38,639 nucleotides of DNA, from positions 1-38,639 of IMG/VR virus record IMGVR_UViG_3300005573_000172; one strand, written 5' to 3'. The notes beneath the pieces were generated by a model, which saw only the letters and a list, made by a program, of their open reading frames with translations, was not told where the DNA came from and ran no database searches. Below, in pieces: positions 23,887-33,180 of this stretch (the stretch's first letter is position 1; each line of letters starts with the position of its first letter). The translations under genes were made by a program, and so were the position numbers. This DNA is from a virus (taxonomy: Duplodnaviria; Caudoviricetes).

Positions 23887-26097
23887 TTACGCTCCGGCGT
23901 TCTTATAGAGCCCGCGCCAGTCGATTGCCTTGGCGCCGAAGTCCAGCCACGCTTTGATCTTCAAGCCCAGCGTGTCATCCGGATTTTCGATGCGCTCCGT
24001 CTGTGGGCCCTGTGCGCCCTCCAGGTAGGCGTACTCGACGGTCGGAATGGCCATCGGATCGGCAGCCAGGTACCATGCCGTCGTGCTCGCGGTGTCGAGA
24101 TTGGCGTCGGTGACGACCTCGAGAACACCCGCAAACGGGTTGAAGTCGCTCTGTTTCGCCACCACGATGTTCGGCACGTTGGTGTACTGAATCGCGGTCA
24201 CGCGCTTCGCGACCGGGACCAGCAAGAATCGCGGGGCAACGTTGAGCGGAGTCACCCCGTCGAGGCCCTTCTGTGTCATCATCGCCGCGGTCCCGGCATC
24301 CAGCGTGCTGATAGCAATGGCGCCGCCGCTGCCAGCCAGGTTGCCATGGTTCGCGTGGAACAGCGCAACGCTGTCGCTCATGGTCGGATTGCTGGTAAGG
24401 ACGGTATAGACCGTCTTGTTTTCCAGCATCGCGGCCTGAACGCCGATGCCGGCAAAGAGCTGCTGAATCGCGCCGAGATCATCATTGATGATCATCTCGC
24501 GAGTGATGAGCAGGCCCTTCGCATAAGTTGCGATGGCATACTGCTCTTTGCTCTCCGAGGTGCTGCCGAATGTGATCGTTCCACCTTCGGCCAGTTGCTG
24601 GAACTGCGGGAACTCGCCGATGCGCAGGCGCGAGACGGTCTTGAAATCCGGGACGGTGCTCTGTTTCGCCCAGCGCTTGTACGTGGGTGCGGCGTACGCG
24701 TAGGCGTCAAGCAAGATCTTATTGGCGACGTTCGCCAGGATATTCGGGAAGTCGCTCGTCGAGAGCGCGAACTTCACCAACTGGTTCGGGTCGCGCGGGC
24801 GCCCTCGGCCGGCCAGCGTCACGCACTCCTCCGCCATGCGCGAAAGCCGCATGCCACGGTACTCATTCTGCGAATCAGCTTGGTACTTGCCCGGCGCAAC
24901 CTGGAACAACAAAGCCGCGGTCATCGCCTCGACGCGCTTGTCAACGGCGTCGTGCGCGACCGTGGCGACCTGCGATCGCGTGGCTGTCTGTTCGTATCGC
25001 CGGATGAGCTCGTCGCTGATCTCTCTCCGGGCATCCTCGATCGTTGCGCCGCTGGCGCACAACTGGTCGGCGAACTGCTCGCCGAGCCCAGCGGCGCGCA
25101 CCGCGGTGCGAATCTGCTGTTGCTCGGCCGCGATCTGCGCACGCAGGGCGGCCTCGTCAACGGGCTCGCGGGTCTGTCCACCCGCCACGATTGTCTCTTC
25201 CATTTTTCGCTCCTCTTTGGGTTTGCGGGCTTCAACCCGCGGAAAATCTTGTGACAGAACGGTGGCTCCGGGATCGGCCGGCACGGGAACCATTGAGATC
25301 TCCATCGGCTCCCAGTCGGTCGCGAGGAACGAGCCGTCCTCTTGCTTGTCGCGCTTGTAGATCAGCGCGCCAATCGAAACGTTCCGGATGATGCCGGCGC
25401 GGATGTCCTGCCAGATCGGTTCGACCTCGGCCCGCTCGCTGAATCGCAGGCGGGCCAGGAGTCTGCCGCTATCAAGCCACGCCCTTTCGACCACGCCAAT
25501 CTGATCGCCAATCGTCTCCGCCGCGTGAGCGTTCAGGACAGGCGCGCCGGCCAAGCGTCCCATGCGCACTTCGCCATCGCCCAGGCCGAGGCGAAGTCGG
25601 TACGTGTCCCCAGTCCAGAAGTCGATGCGCGTCACCGTCGCCCCAGAGTAAGCGACGACATCGACCGATCTCGCTGCGGCGTCGACTGTCGTCGGGGGCG
25701 CAACGGACGCCGCAAGCTCGATGTGCTCAGTGGCGCCGCTCACTCGCATCAGTTCCGGCGGTTCTTTGCCTCCGTCGCGCAAGTGCGCGGCCAGGTGGTT
25801 GTACACCCCCTTTCGGTCGGCGTCGGGAATGTTCGCTCCGCCACGCCCGCCGTTCAACACTCCAATCCCGGCCGAACAACCCGCCAAGTTCGCCGCTCCC
25901 GGATCTCCGCCTTCGCTCACCTCGTGATGCGGGAATTTGTAGGCTGCCTTCGTGGTCTCGTCCGCCCCGGGGTCGCGCCACGCGTACATGCGGGCGTAAT
26001 AGGCGCCGTCCTCCCCCGATCGTAAACGTTTCTCGTTCACACCGGCGTCCCAGGCGGCGTCGGACGTCCCGGTGTGATGCACAGCAATCGCTGGCAT
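23887..26097 (-). CDS. Prohead protease-scaffold-major capsid fusion with extra N-terminal domain
   Basis: PVLNAH...IGVV...GIIRNVSIG...W.P.EIS.VPVPAD protease; STSDFP.IL...DFK...INDDL...YAYL.G..GP..DFGA..ID.RG..K..G capsid. Confidence 0.93.
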   Translation of the reverse strand: MPAIAVHHTGTSDAAWDAGVNEKRLRSGEDGAYYARMYAWRDPGADETTKAAYKFPHHEVSEGGDPGAANLAGCSAGIGVLNGGRGGANIPDADRKGVYNHLAAHLRDGGKEPPELMRVSGATEHIELAASVAPPTTVDAAARSVDVVAYSGATVTRIDFWTGDTYRLRLGLGDGEVRMGRLAGAPVLNAHAAETIGDQIGVVERAWLDSGRLLARLRFSERAEVEPIWQDIRAGIIRNVSIGALIYKRDKQEDGSFLATDWEPMEISMVPVPADPGATVLSQDFPRVEARKPKEERKMEETIVAGGQTREPVDEAALRAQIAAEQQQIRTAVRAAGLGEQFADQLCASGATIEDARREISDELIRRYEQTATRSQVATVAHDAVDKRVEAMTAALLFQVAPGKYQADSQNEYRGMRLSRMAEECVTLAGRGRPRDPNQLVKFALSTSDFPNILANVANKILLDAYAYAAPTYKRWAKQSTVPDFKTVSRLRIGEFPQFQQLAEGGTITFGSTSESKEQYAIATYAKGLLITREMIINDDLGAIQQLFAGIGVQAAMLENKTVYTVLTSNPTMSDSVALFHANHGNLAGSGGAIAISTLDAGTAAMMTQKGLDGVTPLNVAPRFLLVPVAKRVTAIQYTNVPNIVVAKQSDFNPFAGVLEVVTDANLDTASTTAWYLAADPMAIPTVEYAYLEGAQGPQTERIENPDDTLGLKIKAWLDFGAKAIDWRGLYKNAGA

Positions 26098-27530
26098 TAT
26101 GCCCCCTCCTTTTGCCCCGAGCCTGTTTGAGTTACTTTGCGCGGGTCACAGTCAAGCACGATCCCGGCTTTGTCAAACGCCTGATTCGTCTCTGCGATTT
26201 CGGCAAGTTGCTCGTCGGGATCATATCCCATCTCGCTAACTGCCTCTCGCCAGGTCATCAGGCCGTTCCGCACATGTACCTGATACGCCTTTGCGTCCGC
26301 CTCTGGATCGACCCAGTCCCATTTCGGCGGGGTCCAGACCACAGGTGCTTCGACTCCGGATTGAGACATTATTCGATCCCAGACAGGCTGACAAAATTGC
26401 GGGATCAAAACCTGCCAACGAAAGGCTTCGATCGTCCGCCGAAACTCCAACATCCCGGCCCGGATGGACGAGTAATTCGTCTGCTTCAGGTCGCTGGTGA
26501 GGACCTCGTACGGGATGCCCAGGCCAGCCGCTATGGCGCGCAGTTGATGACGCACGTACTCGGGGTAATCGGCGCTCGGCTGCGGCGTCGCAAATCGCAC
26601 GTCCTCCGTGTCCTGTAGGTAGGCGATCATCCCGGGCTCAAAGCTCTCAACACGTTGAGATGTCGTCGAGTCAATGCGCGAAGATCCCAATGTCCGCGAG
26701 GGGTCTCCGCCGACCACGAATGCCGCAAAGCACGCCTCAATCTTCTTGCGAACGAGCTCGGCCTCCTCGTAATCATCGAGGTCGCGCAGTCGCATTACCA
26801 CGGGAGCCAGCCATGGAGCGCCGCGCTCCTGGCCCGGGCGATCCTTACGATAAATGTGCAGCACCTCGCTCGCCGGGACCAGCTTGCTCACCGGAAGAGA
26901 GACGCCAACCAGCGATGACGCCTCGCCCGGGTGCTGGCTGTAGAGCCAGTATCCGACTCGCCTTCCGATCAGATCGTACTGTATGCCCTGAATCGCGTAA
27001 CCGGTATCCGTCATCCCGGTCTTCGTTGAATCAAGATAGTCTGGCTCCAGCACCTGCAATTGCAACGGGGGCTCGATGCCGTCTTCTGGCCGGCGCGGGC
27101 GGAAGCGCACCAGGCACTCTCCGCTTTCCACCACGGTGCGCGCAATCAATGCCTGGAGCCCGTACCAATCGTAAGCTCCGTCGGCGTCGCACTGCGCGAT
27201 CCACCGGCGCCATATCGCGGCAGCCTGCTTCTGCTGGGTACGCGCTACGATACCCGTGCCTACCGCATTCTGCGCAATGGCGGCCACGGCGCGCGCGGCG
27301 TAGGCATTGTTTCGGACGAGGTCCCGCGATCGAGCACGTAGCTTCCCCGCTGCCCCGGCAATCTCGGCGTTGGGCCCAGTCTCATATGCGAGCCAGCCGG
27401 TGGTTCGACGGGTACTGCGCGCCGCCTCGTAAGAGAGGCGCTCTGCCGCGCGCATGCTCATGCGAGCATGAACCCGTCTGCTCGCCCGGGCAGGGTCAAA
27501 CCAGCCGATTAGCTTATCGATCCAGTTCAT
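26097..27530 (-). CDS. Portal protein, lambda family
   Basis: LRARSRDLVRNN.YA, EVLH.Y...RPGQ.RG.PW, NYSS.RAG..EF, WVDP..D motifs. Confidence 0.96.
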   Translation of the reverse strand: MNWIDKLIGWFDPARASRRVHARMSMRAAERLSYEAARSTRRTTGWLAYETGPNAEIAGAAGKLRARSRDLVRNNAYAARAVAAIAQNAVGTGIVARTQQKQAAAIWRRWIAQCDADGAYDWYGLQALIARTVVESGECLVRFRPRRPEDGIEPPLQLQVLEPDYLDSTKTGMTDTGYAIQGIQYDLIGRRVGYWLYSQHPGEASSLVGVSLPVSKLVPASEVLHIYRKDRPGQERGAPWLAPVVMRLRDLDDYEEAELVRKKIEACFAAFVVGGDPSRTLGSSRIDSTTSQRVESFEPGMIAYLQDTEDVRFATPQPSADYPEYVRHQLRAIAAGLGIPYEVLTSDLKQTNYSSIRAGMLEFRRTIEAFRWQVLIPQFCQPVWDRIMSQSGVEAPVVWTPPKWDWVDPEADAKAYQVHVRNGLMTWREAVSEMGYDPDEQLAEIAETNQAFDKAGIVLDCDPRKVTQTGSGQKEGA

Positions 27531-27536
27531 GCCTGA

Positions 27537-27728
27537 TTATCCCTTTGTGAACTCGGAGTAACTCATGCTTCGACCGGTTTGTTGAAGGCGCGCGATTTCG
27601 CTATCAATTGCGGCGAGCGCCTTGGTCTGATCGGAGTACTGCACACTTCGCTCACCGAATTGAACCCGGTAAACCCCGATCGTGGCGAGTATCTCTTCGC
27701 GGCGTGCCTGAAGATCCGCCAGTGTCAC
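27537..27728 (-). CDS. gpW-like head-tail adaptor
   Basis: 63 aa, GV..VQFGERSVQY...L..ID.EI; between TerL and portal. Confidence 0.88.
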   Translation of the reverse strand: MTLADLQARREEILATIGVYRVQFGERSVQYSDQTKALAAIDSEIARLQQTGRSMSYSEFTKG

Positions 27729-27744
27729 TTACCCCTCCCGTGGC

Positions 27745-29574
27745 TCAGATCTTGAGCCAGCCTTTGCGGTCACCCACCCACTTAGATTCTGCCACACGCG
27801 GCGCCGGAGACGAGCCAGAAACCATGGCCTTCATTCGCGCTGCATGGTCGGACAATTTTAACCCCGACATATACAACGCATGCAGCGCGGCTGTAGCGTA
27901 TGCTCGACAGTCAAGTGCTTCATTCCGAACGCCCTCCGGCTTCGCAAAAAATCTCTCCAAACGCCCGTGAACGCTTCGCGTCTTAATGCGCTCCGCGGTC
28001 AACATTTCGAACCAGTCGCGTTGGCGGTCCAGCGGAAAGTGACAGAATCCAGAACCCGGCGAATTGACTCGTAGCTTCGAGTAGACCTTCTCCTTGGCAG
28101 TATCTACGCCGATCAAGAAGAATTGCCCGCGGTGAACCCCTTTCGACGCGCGGCGAGGCCACACTGGCTTACCGAATCCGGCCGCGCCCTTTACCGCGTA
28201 GACTCTCCGGTTCTGCCGGGGGCGGCAGAACTCGAGCACCTGTGCCATTTCAAAGCCCGCGTCGACACACGCTGCGGTGATGGATACGTCGAGTCCTGAC
28301 TCGTGTTTCCACGAGCGCACCAACAGTCGATCCAGATCTGCCCACACGGCAGATTGCCCAGTGTCTCCGTACAGGACGTGATACCCAATTGACCAGGATT
28401 CCTCTCCCTCGCCCCACCCTACGATCTCAATTTCAATGCGATCGGTCTGGACGTCCGCGCCGGCGGTCAGCAGGCACGCTCCCGTCGGAACTTCTGCTCC
28501 GAAGGGCTCGCGACGCGCATACAATGCGTCTGCATCGAGCGGCAATGCCGCTTCATCCTTCCACGTTTCGCCCCAGACGGTATTACAGAATACTTGCAAA
28601 GTCTCGCGGCTCTTGCGCGCCTCCAGGAACTCGGCCGCCAGATCGGCCCACGACGGCCACCCAACCGGCGCATACAACGCGCTGATATGATATCCGCGGG
28701 TCTTTCCGTCCCCCGTCGCAGTGGCCCGCCACTCGCCACACGCGAGCATCTCGGTCTTCTGCCAATTCTCGATCAGCGCCTCGCATGCCTCGCAGCGATA
28801 CCGCGCTGTCTCGGGCTTGTCTTTCTCCCACGTCACGCCGACCCACGTCAGCACCTGGTAGTGGCCGCAACGCGGGCACGGAACGAAGTACCTCCGCTGA
28901 TCGCTCGCTTTGTAAAGCGCTTCGATCCTGCTCAGCCCCTCCAGCGTCGGAGTGCTCACCGCCAGGATCTTGCGCTGCGAGCCGAATGCCACGGTGCGCT
29001 TCACCGCAAGTTGAAACGGATCGCCTTCTCTATCGGCGTCTGCGGGCCACCCATCCAGTTCATCTGCCAGCACGTATTTTGCAGGCAGGCTCCGCAAGCC
29101 CACGGCGCTGTTCGCCCCGGTTAAAATCAGCACGCCGCCGGCGAACTCCTTCATCAGGATCGTGTTTCCCGAGTCGCGCGAGCGCGAATCCTTTACTCGC
29201 CCACGTAACGCCGGCGTGCTCTCGATCAGCGAGTCCAAGCGCTGCTTCGAGAATCGCTTCGCCATCTCAACGCTCGGCTGAATCATCAGGGTCGGCGCTG
29301 GCGCGTGGTGCATCAGGTATCCGCAGGCGTTGAGGAGCACCTCGGTCCCCCCGCACTGAGCCGCTTTGACAAACACGACGCGCTCGCATGGAGCCCCGGG
29401 CGTGAGGCTGTCCATGATCTCGCGCAGGTACGGAGTGCGGTCTGTTCTCCATGGTCCAGGCTCCGGCGACGTGTTGTCCAGCACCCGATACGTATCAGCC
29501 CACTGCGATATCGTCAGATCCGGCGGCGGCAACAGCACGTCTGCCGCCAAAATCTGGATCTCGTCAACGCGCAT
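27745..29574 (-). CDS. Terminase large subunit, lambda gpA family
   Basis: G.WRT.RTPYLREIMD, KAAQCGGTE Walker A, LADELD Walker B, STPT, CP.CG, AG.DVQ.DR, RNEALDC; likely start 29574 (MRVDEIQ). Confidence 0.96.
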   Translation of the reverse strand: MRVDEIQILAADVLLPPPDLTISQWADTYRVLDNTSPEPGPWRTDRTPYLREIMDSLTPGAPCERVVFVKAAQCGGTEVLLNACGYLMHHAPAPTLMIQPSVEMAKRFSKQRLDSLIESTPALRGRVKDSRSRDSGNTILMKEFAGGVLILTGANSAVGLRSLPAKYVLADELDGWPADADREGDPFQLAVKRTVAFGSQRKILAVSTPTLEGLSRIEALYKASDQRRYFVPCPRCGHYQVLTWVGVTWEKDKPETARYRCEACEALIENWQKTEMLACGEWRATATGDGKTRGYHISALYAPVGWPSWADLAAEFLEARKSRETLQVFCNTVWGETWKDEAALPLDADALYARREPFGAEVPTGACLLTAGADVQTDRIEIEIVGWGEGEESWSIGYHVLYGDTGQSAVWADLDRLLVRSWKHESGLDVSITAACVDAGFEMAQVLEFCRPRQNRRVYAVKGAAGFGKPVWPRRASKGVHRGQFFLIGVDTAKEKVYSKLRVNSPGSGFCHFPLDRQRDWFEMLTAERIKTRSVHGRLERFFAKPEGVRNEALDCRAYATAALHALYMSGLKLSDHAARMKAMVSGSSPAPRVAESKWVGDRKGWLKI

Positions 29575-30064
29575 GCTGGACAGCGCTCCGGGCATCAGTC
29601 AGCAGCACGCGCACTTCCCGCATCAGCACCTCCCGCACCTGGCGCTCGTCGGTGATCGGAGCAATTTCAGGCGCGACGCGGTTCGGCCACGCCATCACTG
29701 TCTCCCGGACCCCAGAGAGGATTGCCTCGATCCGCCGCCGGAAGAGTTCCGTCTCCATCAGCTTGCCCGATTTCTGGTCGTACGCGAGCTTCCGAAGACG
29801 CGCGCGAAAAACCATGTCGGCGGTTTTGGCCTGGGCATAGGTCGTGGCCCCGGCGGCAACCTCCTCAGGCGCAGCAGCCAGCGCGGCAGCGACTCGCTCA
29901 GAGACCGGCTCGGGCTTGTCGTCGAGCACGGCGTCCGAAGCCGCGACATCAACGCGGCTGCCACGCATTACCAGTATGCCGGCCTTCGCCAGCTTGTTGA
30001 TGTACTGGCGACTCGTTCCCCGGTGGCGGGCATATTCGGCTTGGGTCATCAGATTGGGCGGCAT
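29564..30064 (-). CDS. Terminase small subunit (Nu1-like)
   Basis: N-terminal HTH MTQAEYARHRGTSRQYINKL, coiled coil; overlaps the TerL start. Confidence 0.88.
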   Translation of the reverse strand: MPPNLMTQAEYARHRGTSRQYINKLAKAGILVMRGSRVDVAASDAVLDDKPEPVSERVAAALAAAPEEVAAGATTYAQAKTADMVFRARLRKLAYDQKSGKLMETELFRRRIEAILSGVRETVMAWPNRVAPEIAPITDERQVREVLMREVRVLLTDARSAVQHAR

Positions 30065-30152
30065 ATCTTCGTACCTGAACTAAGAGCCGCCAGCAGCACA
30101 TCGGTCGGCACGGCGACCGATACCGTGACGTAGCGGCGGTTGTCTGCTCGAA

Positions 30153-30269
30153 CCATGGATCGCGCACTTCCTCTGCGACAACGCTGGCCTCGAGCAGCGA
30201 GCGCTCGTCCCGGGTAAGCTGTCGCATGTACTTGCGCAGCTCTGGTTCGATGCAGATTGGTGTGCTCAT
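30153..30269 (-). pseudogene. ParB-like N-terminal remnant
   Basis: IEPELRKYMRQLTRDERSLLEASVVAEEVRDP resembles ParB-N starts, then similarity is lost before any DG.NR motif. Confidence 0.5.
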
Positions 30270-30466
30270 TTCTTGATGTAGGGCGCCTCGGCCGGCGTGC
30301 CGTCGGGATTGGCGAAGTGCGCCAGGACTCCGGTGGCGCCCTGAACCGCCGAGAGACCGACGAGTGCCCAGAACCTACCACGCGGAGGCAGGACGGGTAC
30401 AGTGGCATTGAGACACTGCATGATAAGCATCAGCGTCTGCGTGACTGCATTGGTATTGACAGTCAT
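30266..30466 (-). CDS. Holin-like two-TM protein (66 aa)
   Basis: Two hydrophobic helices, C-terminal NPDGTPA..PY; ATGA coupling. Confidence 0.6.
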   Translation of the reverse strand: MTVNTNAVTQTLMLIMQCLNATVPVLPPRGRFWALVGLSAVQGATGVLAHFANPDGTPAEAPYIKK

Positions 30467-30624
30467 TTCTTCTCCACTTGCTGGGCAATCCCGGCCCAAA
30501 TCGGGGACACGAATGCAGCCCAATCTTGCCATGCCTTCTGGCGTACCTCGACGGGCTGATCACCGTAGATCAAGTTGAAGGTCTTCAGGCCCTCAAGCAC
30601 AATCTGTAGAATCAGCAAAGTCAT
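30463..30624 (-). CDS. Small amphipathic protein (53 aa, not in the ORF track)
   Basis: MTLLILQIVLEGLKTFNLIYGDQPVEVRQKAWQDWAAFVSPIWAGIAQQVEKK; GGAGG RBS; ATGA-coupled. Confidence 0.7.
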   Translation of the reverse strand: MTLLILQIVLEGLKTFNLIYGDQPVEVRQKAWQDWAAFVSPIWAGIAQQVEKK

Positions 30625-30755
30625 ATCATTTCCTCCCTATCGATATTGTTGACAACACATATCTATCCTGGCGAGAACGATTTACGTCCTGCGGCTTCAA
30701 GTTAGATCGGCGCCGGAGTAAACGCCCCGTCACCCTGGGAAAAACCCCCTGACGC

Positions 30756-30809
30756 TAGCGAAATCGTGCCACCATGCTACCCGCCGGCCGGCGCCGCCAG
30801 GTAGGACCC
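30756..30809 (-). promoter_or_regulatory. Candidate cos packaging site (lambda-like)
   Basis: Minus strand GGGTCCT (= lambda cosQ)...GGGTAGCATGGT...TTTCGCTA in the non-coding gap upstream of a Nu1/gpA terminase. Confidence 0.6.
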
Positions 30810-30848
30810 ATGGGGGCACTAAGCGAATGCATGAGGAGGCGCGCAAAC

Positions 30849-31037
30849 TCATAGCAACCGCTCTACCATGCCCGCAACGTCATTCAGCTTGCAGATGACT
30901 CCGGCTAAGTTCTCACGTATGTGATCGGGGTCCGTGTTGCGTGTTACGTCCCCAGAAACCGCCTCCAGGATGAGGACACACAACCGGATGTTGGATAGCA
31001 CATCCTCCAGTAGTTCGTCCTGCTCACTTTCTCTCAT
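30849..31037 (-). CDS. Hypothetical protein (62 aa)
   Basis: ATGA-coupled to VRR-NUC; helical. Confidence 0.65.
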   Translation of the reverse strand: MRESEQDELLEDVLSNIRLCVLILEAVSGDVTRNTDPDHIRENLAGVICKLNDVAGMVERLL

Positions 31038-31396
31038 CTTCCGCGCCCCCTTTCCGCTTCCACGTCGCCAAGCAACTCCAAGCGAATGATCCCCGCATCT
31101 ATCCCTTCGATCACGTAACGCACTTGGTCAACACTCGTGACTACCGTCGCAACCGCGCCGGCTTTCCTCCATTCCTCGATGCGCCTCAACTGAAGCGCCG
31201 TCGGCCTTGCGCCCGGACGCTTCACCTCGAGCTGCAAGCTGCGGCCCCGATAGCAAGCGTCGACGTCAGGATCGCCACCCACGCCCATACCGCCGCCCCA
31301 ACGTTTACGCGCCAAACAGTGCGGCAGACCATTGAGGTATTTGAGGATCGCTTTGACAATGGTGCGCTCGAGCGGGCGATTCAGGTTTCTCGGCAT
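31034..31396 (-). CDS. VRR-NUC (PD-(D/E)xK) nuclease, probable resolvase
   Basis: E..I...I..YL, G.PD, LEVKRPG....LQ....W..AG...V..SVD. Confidence 0.92.
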   Translation of the reverse strand: MPRNLNRPLERTIVKAILKYLNGLPHCLARKRWGGGMGVGGDPDVDACYRGRSLQLEVKRPGARPTALQLRRIEEWRKAGAVATVVTSVDQVRYVIEGIDAGIIRLELLGDVEAERGRGR

Positions 31397-31590
31397 ACCT
31401 CGCACTTCTCCTCGATCGAGCCAAACGGCTTCTGTGTTGGAACACAATCCGGTTGAATGCCATCACGGGGTGACCACGCGGAATCTGCCAAGGAGCAGCC
31501 ACAATCCTCGCGACAAAGACCGTCGGCACCAATCTTGTGCAAGTGCCCGGCGATTATCTCTCCGACGCGCATCTTCTCTGGTTGTGTCAT
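31381..31590 (-). CDS. Small Cys-rich hypothetical protein
   Basis: GADGLC..DCGC.L.D...DCVP pattern. Confidence 0.6.
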   Translation of the reverse strand: MTQPEKMRVGEIIAGHLHKIGADGLCREDCGCSLADSAWSPRDGIQPDCVPTQKPFGSIEEKCEVCRET

Positions 31591-31610
31591 TGCTGTCACT
31601 TCCCTCACCA

Positions 31611-32177
31611 CTACGCACTGGCCCAGGTATCACCCGGGTATAGCTCCGCGAACCGCGCGAGAAAGCGCGCCTCTGATTCCTCGATGGACCACGGCCGCAC
31701 GATTCTCATCTTCATCTCGCGCGTGCCGATTGCGTCGAGCCGTTGCTCCCAGCCTGGAGATAGCGGCCCCATTAGATCGCAAGCCTCGATCGCCAGCATT
31801 CCTTTGTCCGCGCGCGTCACCGACTCCGGTTGCTCGCCGTGCAGCCCGAACTTCTCAAGGATGAGTTGCTGAAGTCTCTCTTCCGCTTTCCGGTACGCCT
31901 CCATTTCGGGGAGCTGCTTGATGGGCCTGGCTATGTCCACTAGGTACGCCTCGCTCGCGTCGTGCAGCAGCCCCCATAGAGCGTCTTGGCTGTCCGAAAG
32001 ATAGCTCACACGAACCGAGTGCTCGGCCACGGAGTAAAAGCCACGCACGTGGCCGCTGAAGCGGCACTGCCTGGCTAGCGCATGCGCGATGTCGTCGATC
32101 AGGATGTCTTTCGGGTCGGGATCAAGCGGATTGAACTTCACCCCCGAGAAAGTCTGAATCCACGGCCGATCTATCAT
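31611..32177 (-). CDS. HD-domain phosphohydrolase (YfbR/5'-deoxynucleotidase-like)
   Basis: IQTFSG..F....P....I.DIAHALA..CRF.GH...FYSVAEHS...LLHDASEAY..D; start at 32177. Confidence 0.93.
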   Translation of the reverse strand: MIDRPWIQTFSGVKFNPLDPDPKDILIDDIAHALARQCRFSGHVRGFYSVAEHSVRVSYLSDSQDALWGLLHDASEAYLVDIARPIKQLPEMEAYRKAEERLQQLILEKFGLHGEQPESVTRADKGMLAIEACDLMGPLSPGWEQRLDAIGTREMKMRIVRPWSIEESEARFLARFAELYPGDTWASA

Positions 32178-32458
32178 TGCAGGCCCTCCTTGATCTCGAA
32201 CCACCGATAAGCCTGCGCGTGCAGCCATATCCAGAGCTTGCCTCTTCGATCTTCGCCGAAAATCACCCTCCCTTTGTCGTCGGAGCCTCGGATCCACCAC
32301 TCCAACGGGACTATCAGGCAACAGCGGTGGAGCAAGAGCCAGATCGGCGCCGCTAGATAGCGCTGCCATGCTGGCCGCTTGGATGGCCCGGAAATTAGTG
32401 CTTCGATTAAGTTTTCGCGTGTCCTTACCACGGCAATCTCTTTCCGTTTGTTCGTCAT
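32174..32458 (-). CDS. Hypothetical protein
   Basis: Fills the operon; stop overlaps the HD start (ATGA). Confidence 0.6.
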   Translation of the reverse strand: MTNKRKEIAVVRTRENLIEALISGPSKRPAWQRYLAAPIWLLLHRCCLIVPLEWWIRGSDDKGRVIFGEDRRGKLWIWLHAQAYRWFEIKEGLQ

Positions 32459-32474
32459 TGTCAAATGTTCGTCG

Positions 32475-32870
32475 TTAACGAACCGCCACCGCAGATCGTC
32501 TCCGCGCTGGCGCGGTACCCAATTTCGCGATGTCGAGATAGTTCACCCACTGGTACCCTTCGTCATTGAGCACCAGTGGGAGATCGTGCAATTTCAACGC
32601 GGAAGCCGAGCGGATCAATGCGTCCATATCCACGCTGGGCGGATAGCCCAGTGCGAGTTGCCCGTTCGGCAGCCGCACGATGCGGATGCGATTCTTGTTC
32701 ATCCACTCGCCGGCGCGGAGGATCGCGACCAATTCTTCCTTGTTCTCACGCACGACTGCCTTGATGTCGTCCGGCGCGCCCTTGTCGATGCGAAGGGCCC
32801 CTGAACCGTCGAGGCGCACCGCGACCTCGGCCTCGCCAAGGCGGTCGAAAACCAGCTTGATGTCTGTCAT
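32475..32870 (-). CDS. Hypothetical protein with TubC-N-like N-terminal domain
   Basis: L....V.V.L...G.LRI...AP......VRENK.EL..IL pattern; immediately downstream of the origin. Confidence 0.7.
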   Translation of the reverse strand: MTDIKLVFDRLGEAEVAVRLDGSGALRIDKGAPDDIKAVVRENKEELVAILRAGEWMNKNRIRIVRLPNGQLALGYPPSVDMDALIRSASALKLHDLPLVLNDEGYQWVNYLDIAKLGTAPARRRSAVAVR

Positions 32871-32895
32871 TTTTTGCGCGAATCCCTCCGATTCT

Positions 32896-33177
32896 GTGTG
32901 CCAGTCTTGGGCCATTCCCACAGACTGGAACACATACTGGAACACCATAACTTATTGATAACGCGCGAGTTAACCTGCCCGTGTTCCAGTGCTCCAGTGT
33001 TCCAGTCGATCCCTATAGAGGCTATACGTTATGCACTACATCTACGCCTCTCATGTACGCGCGCGTGCACACATACTGGAACACTGGAACACGGGCGGTA
33101 AACACGCGTGGAATGATAGGGTTACGGTGTTCCAGTATGTGTTCCAGTCTGCCTTTTGGACTGGCACACTGGAACAC
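32896..33177. repeat. Replication origin candidate: 12 ACTGGAACAC-type iterons in inverted arrays plus an IHF site
   Basis: Copies at 32896, 32924, 32936, 32981, 32989, 32997, 33075, 33083, 33127, 33139, 33160, 33168 (three with one mismatch); TATCAATAAGTTA (minus, 32948..32960) matches WATCAANNNNTTR. Confidence 0.85.
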
Positions 33178-33180
33178 CGG

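Noticed and set aside
30647-30657. Palindrome TGTTGACAACA as an operator shared with 1471..1480
   Set aside because: Short, explained by a TTGACA hexamer, and no repressor gene identified; insufficient support
3201-32177. Z-genome (2-aminoadenine) or other base-replacement pathway suggested by the HD hydrolase plus DUF5664
   Set aside because: No PurZ, DNA polymerase or other base-synthesis gene recognised; the two genes are far apart
32896-33177. Repeats as a mini-CRISPR array
   Set aside because: Units are 10 bp, overlapping, in both orientations and without regular spacers
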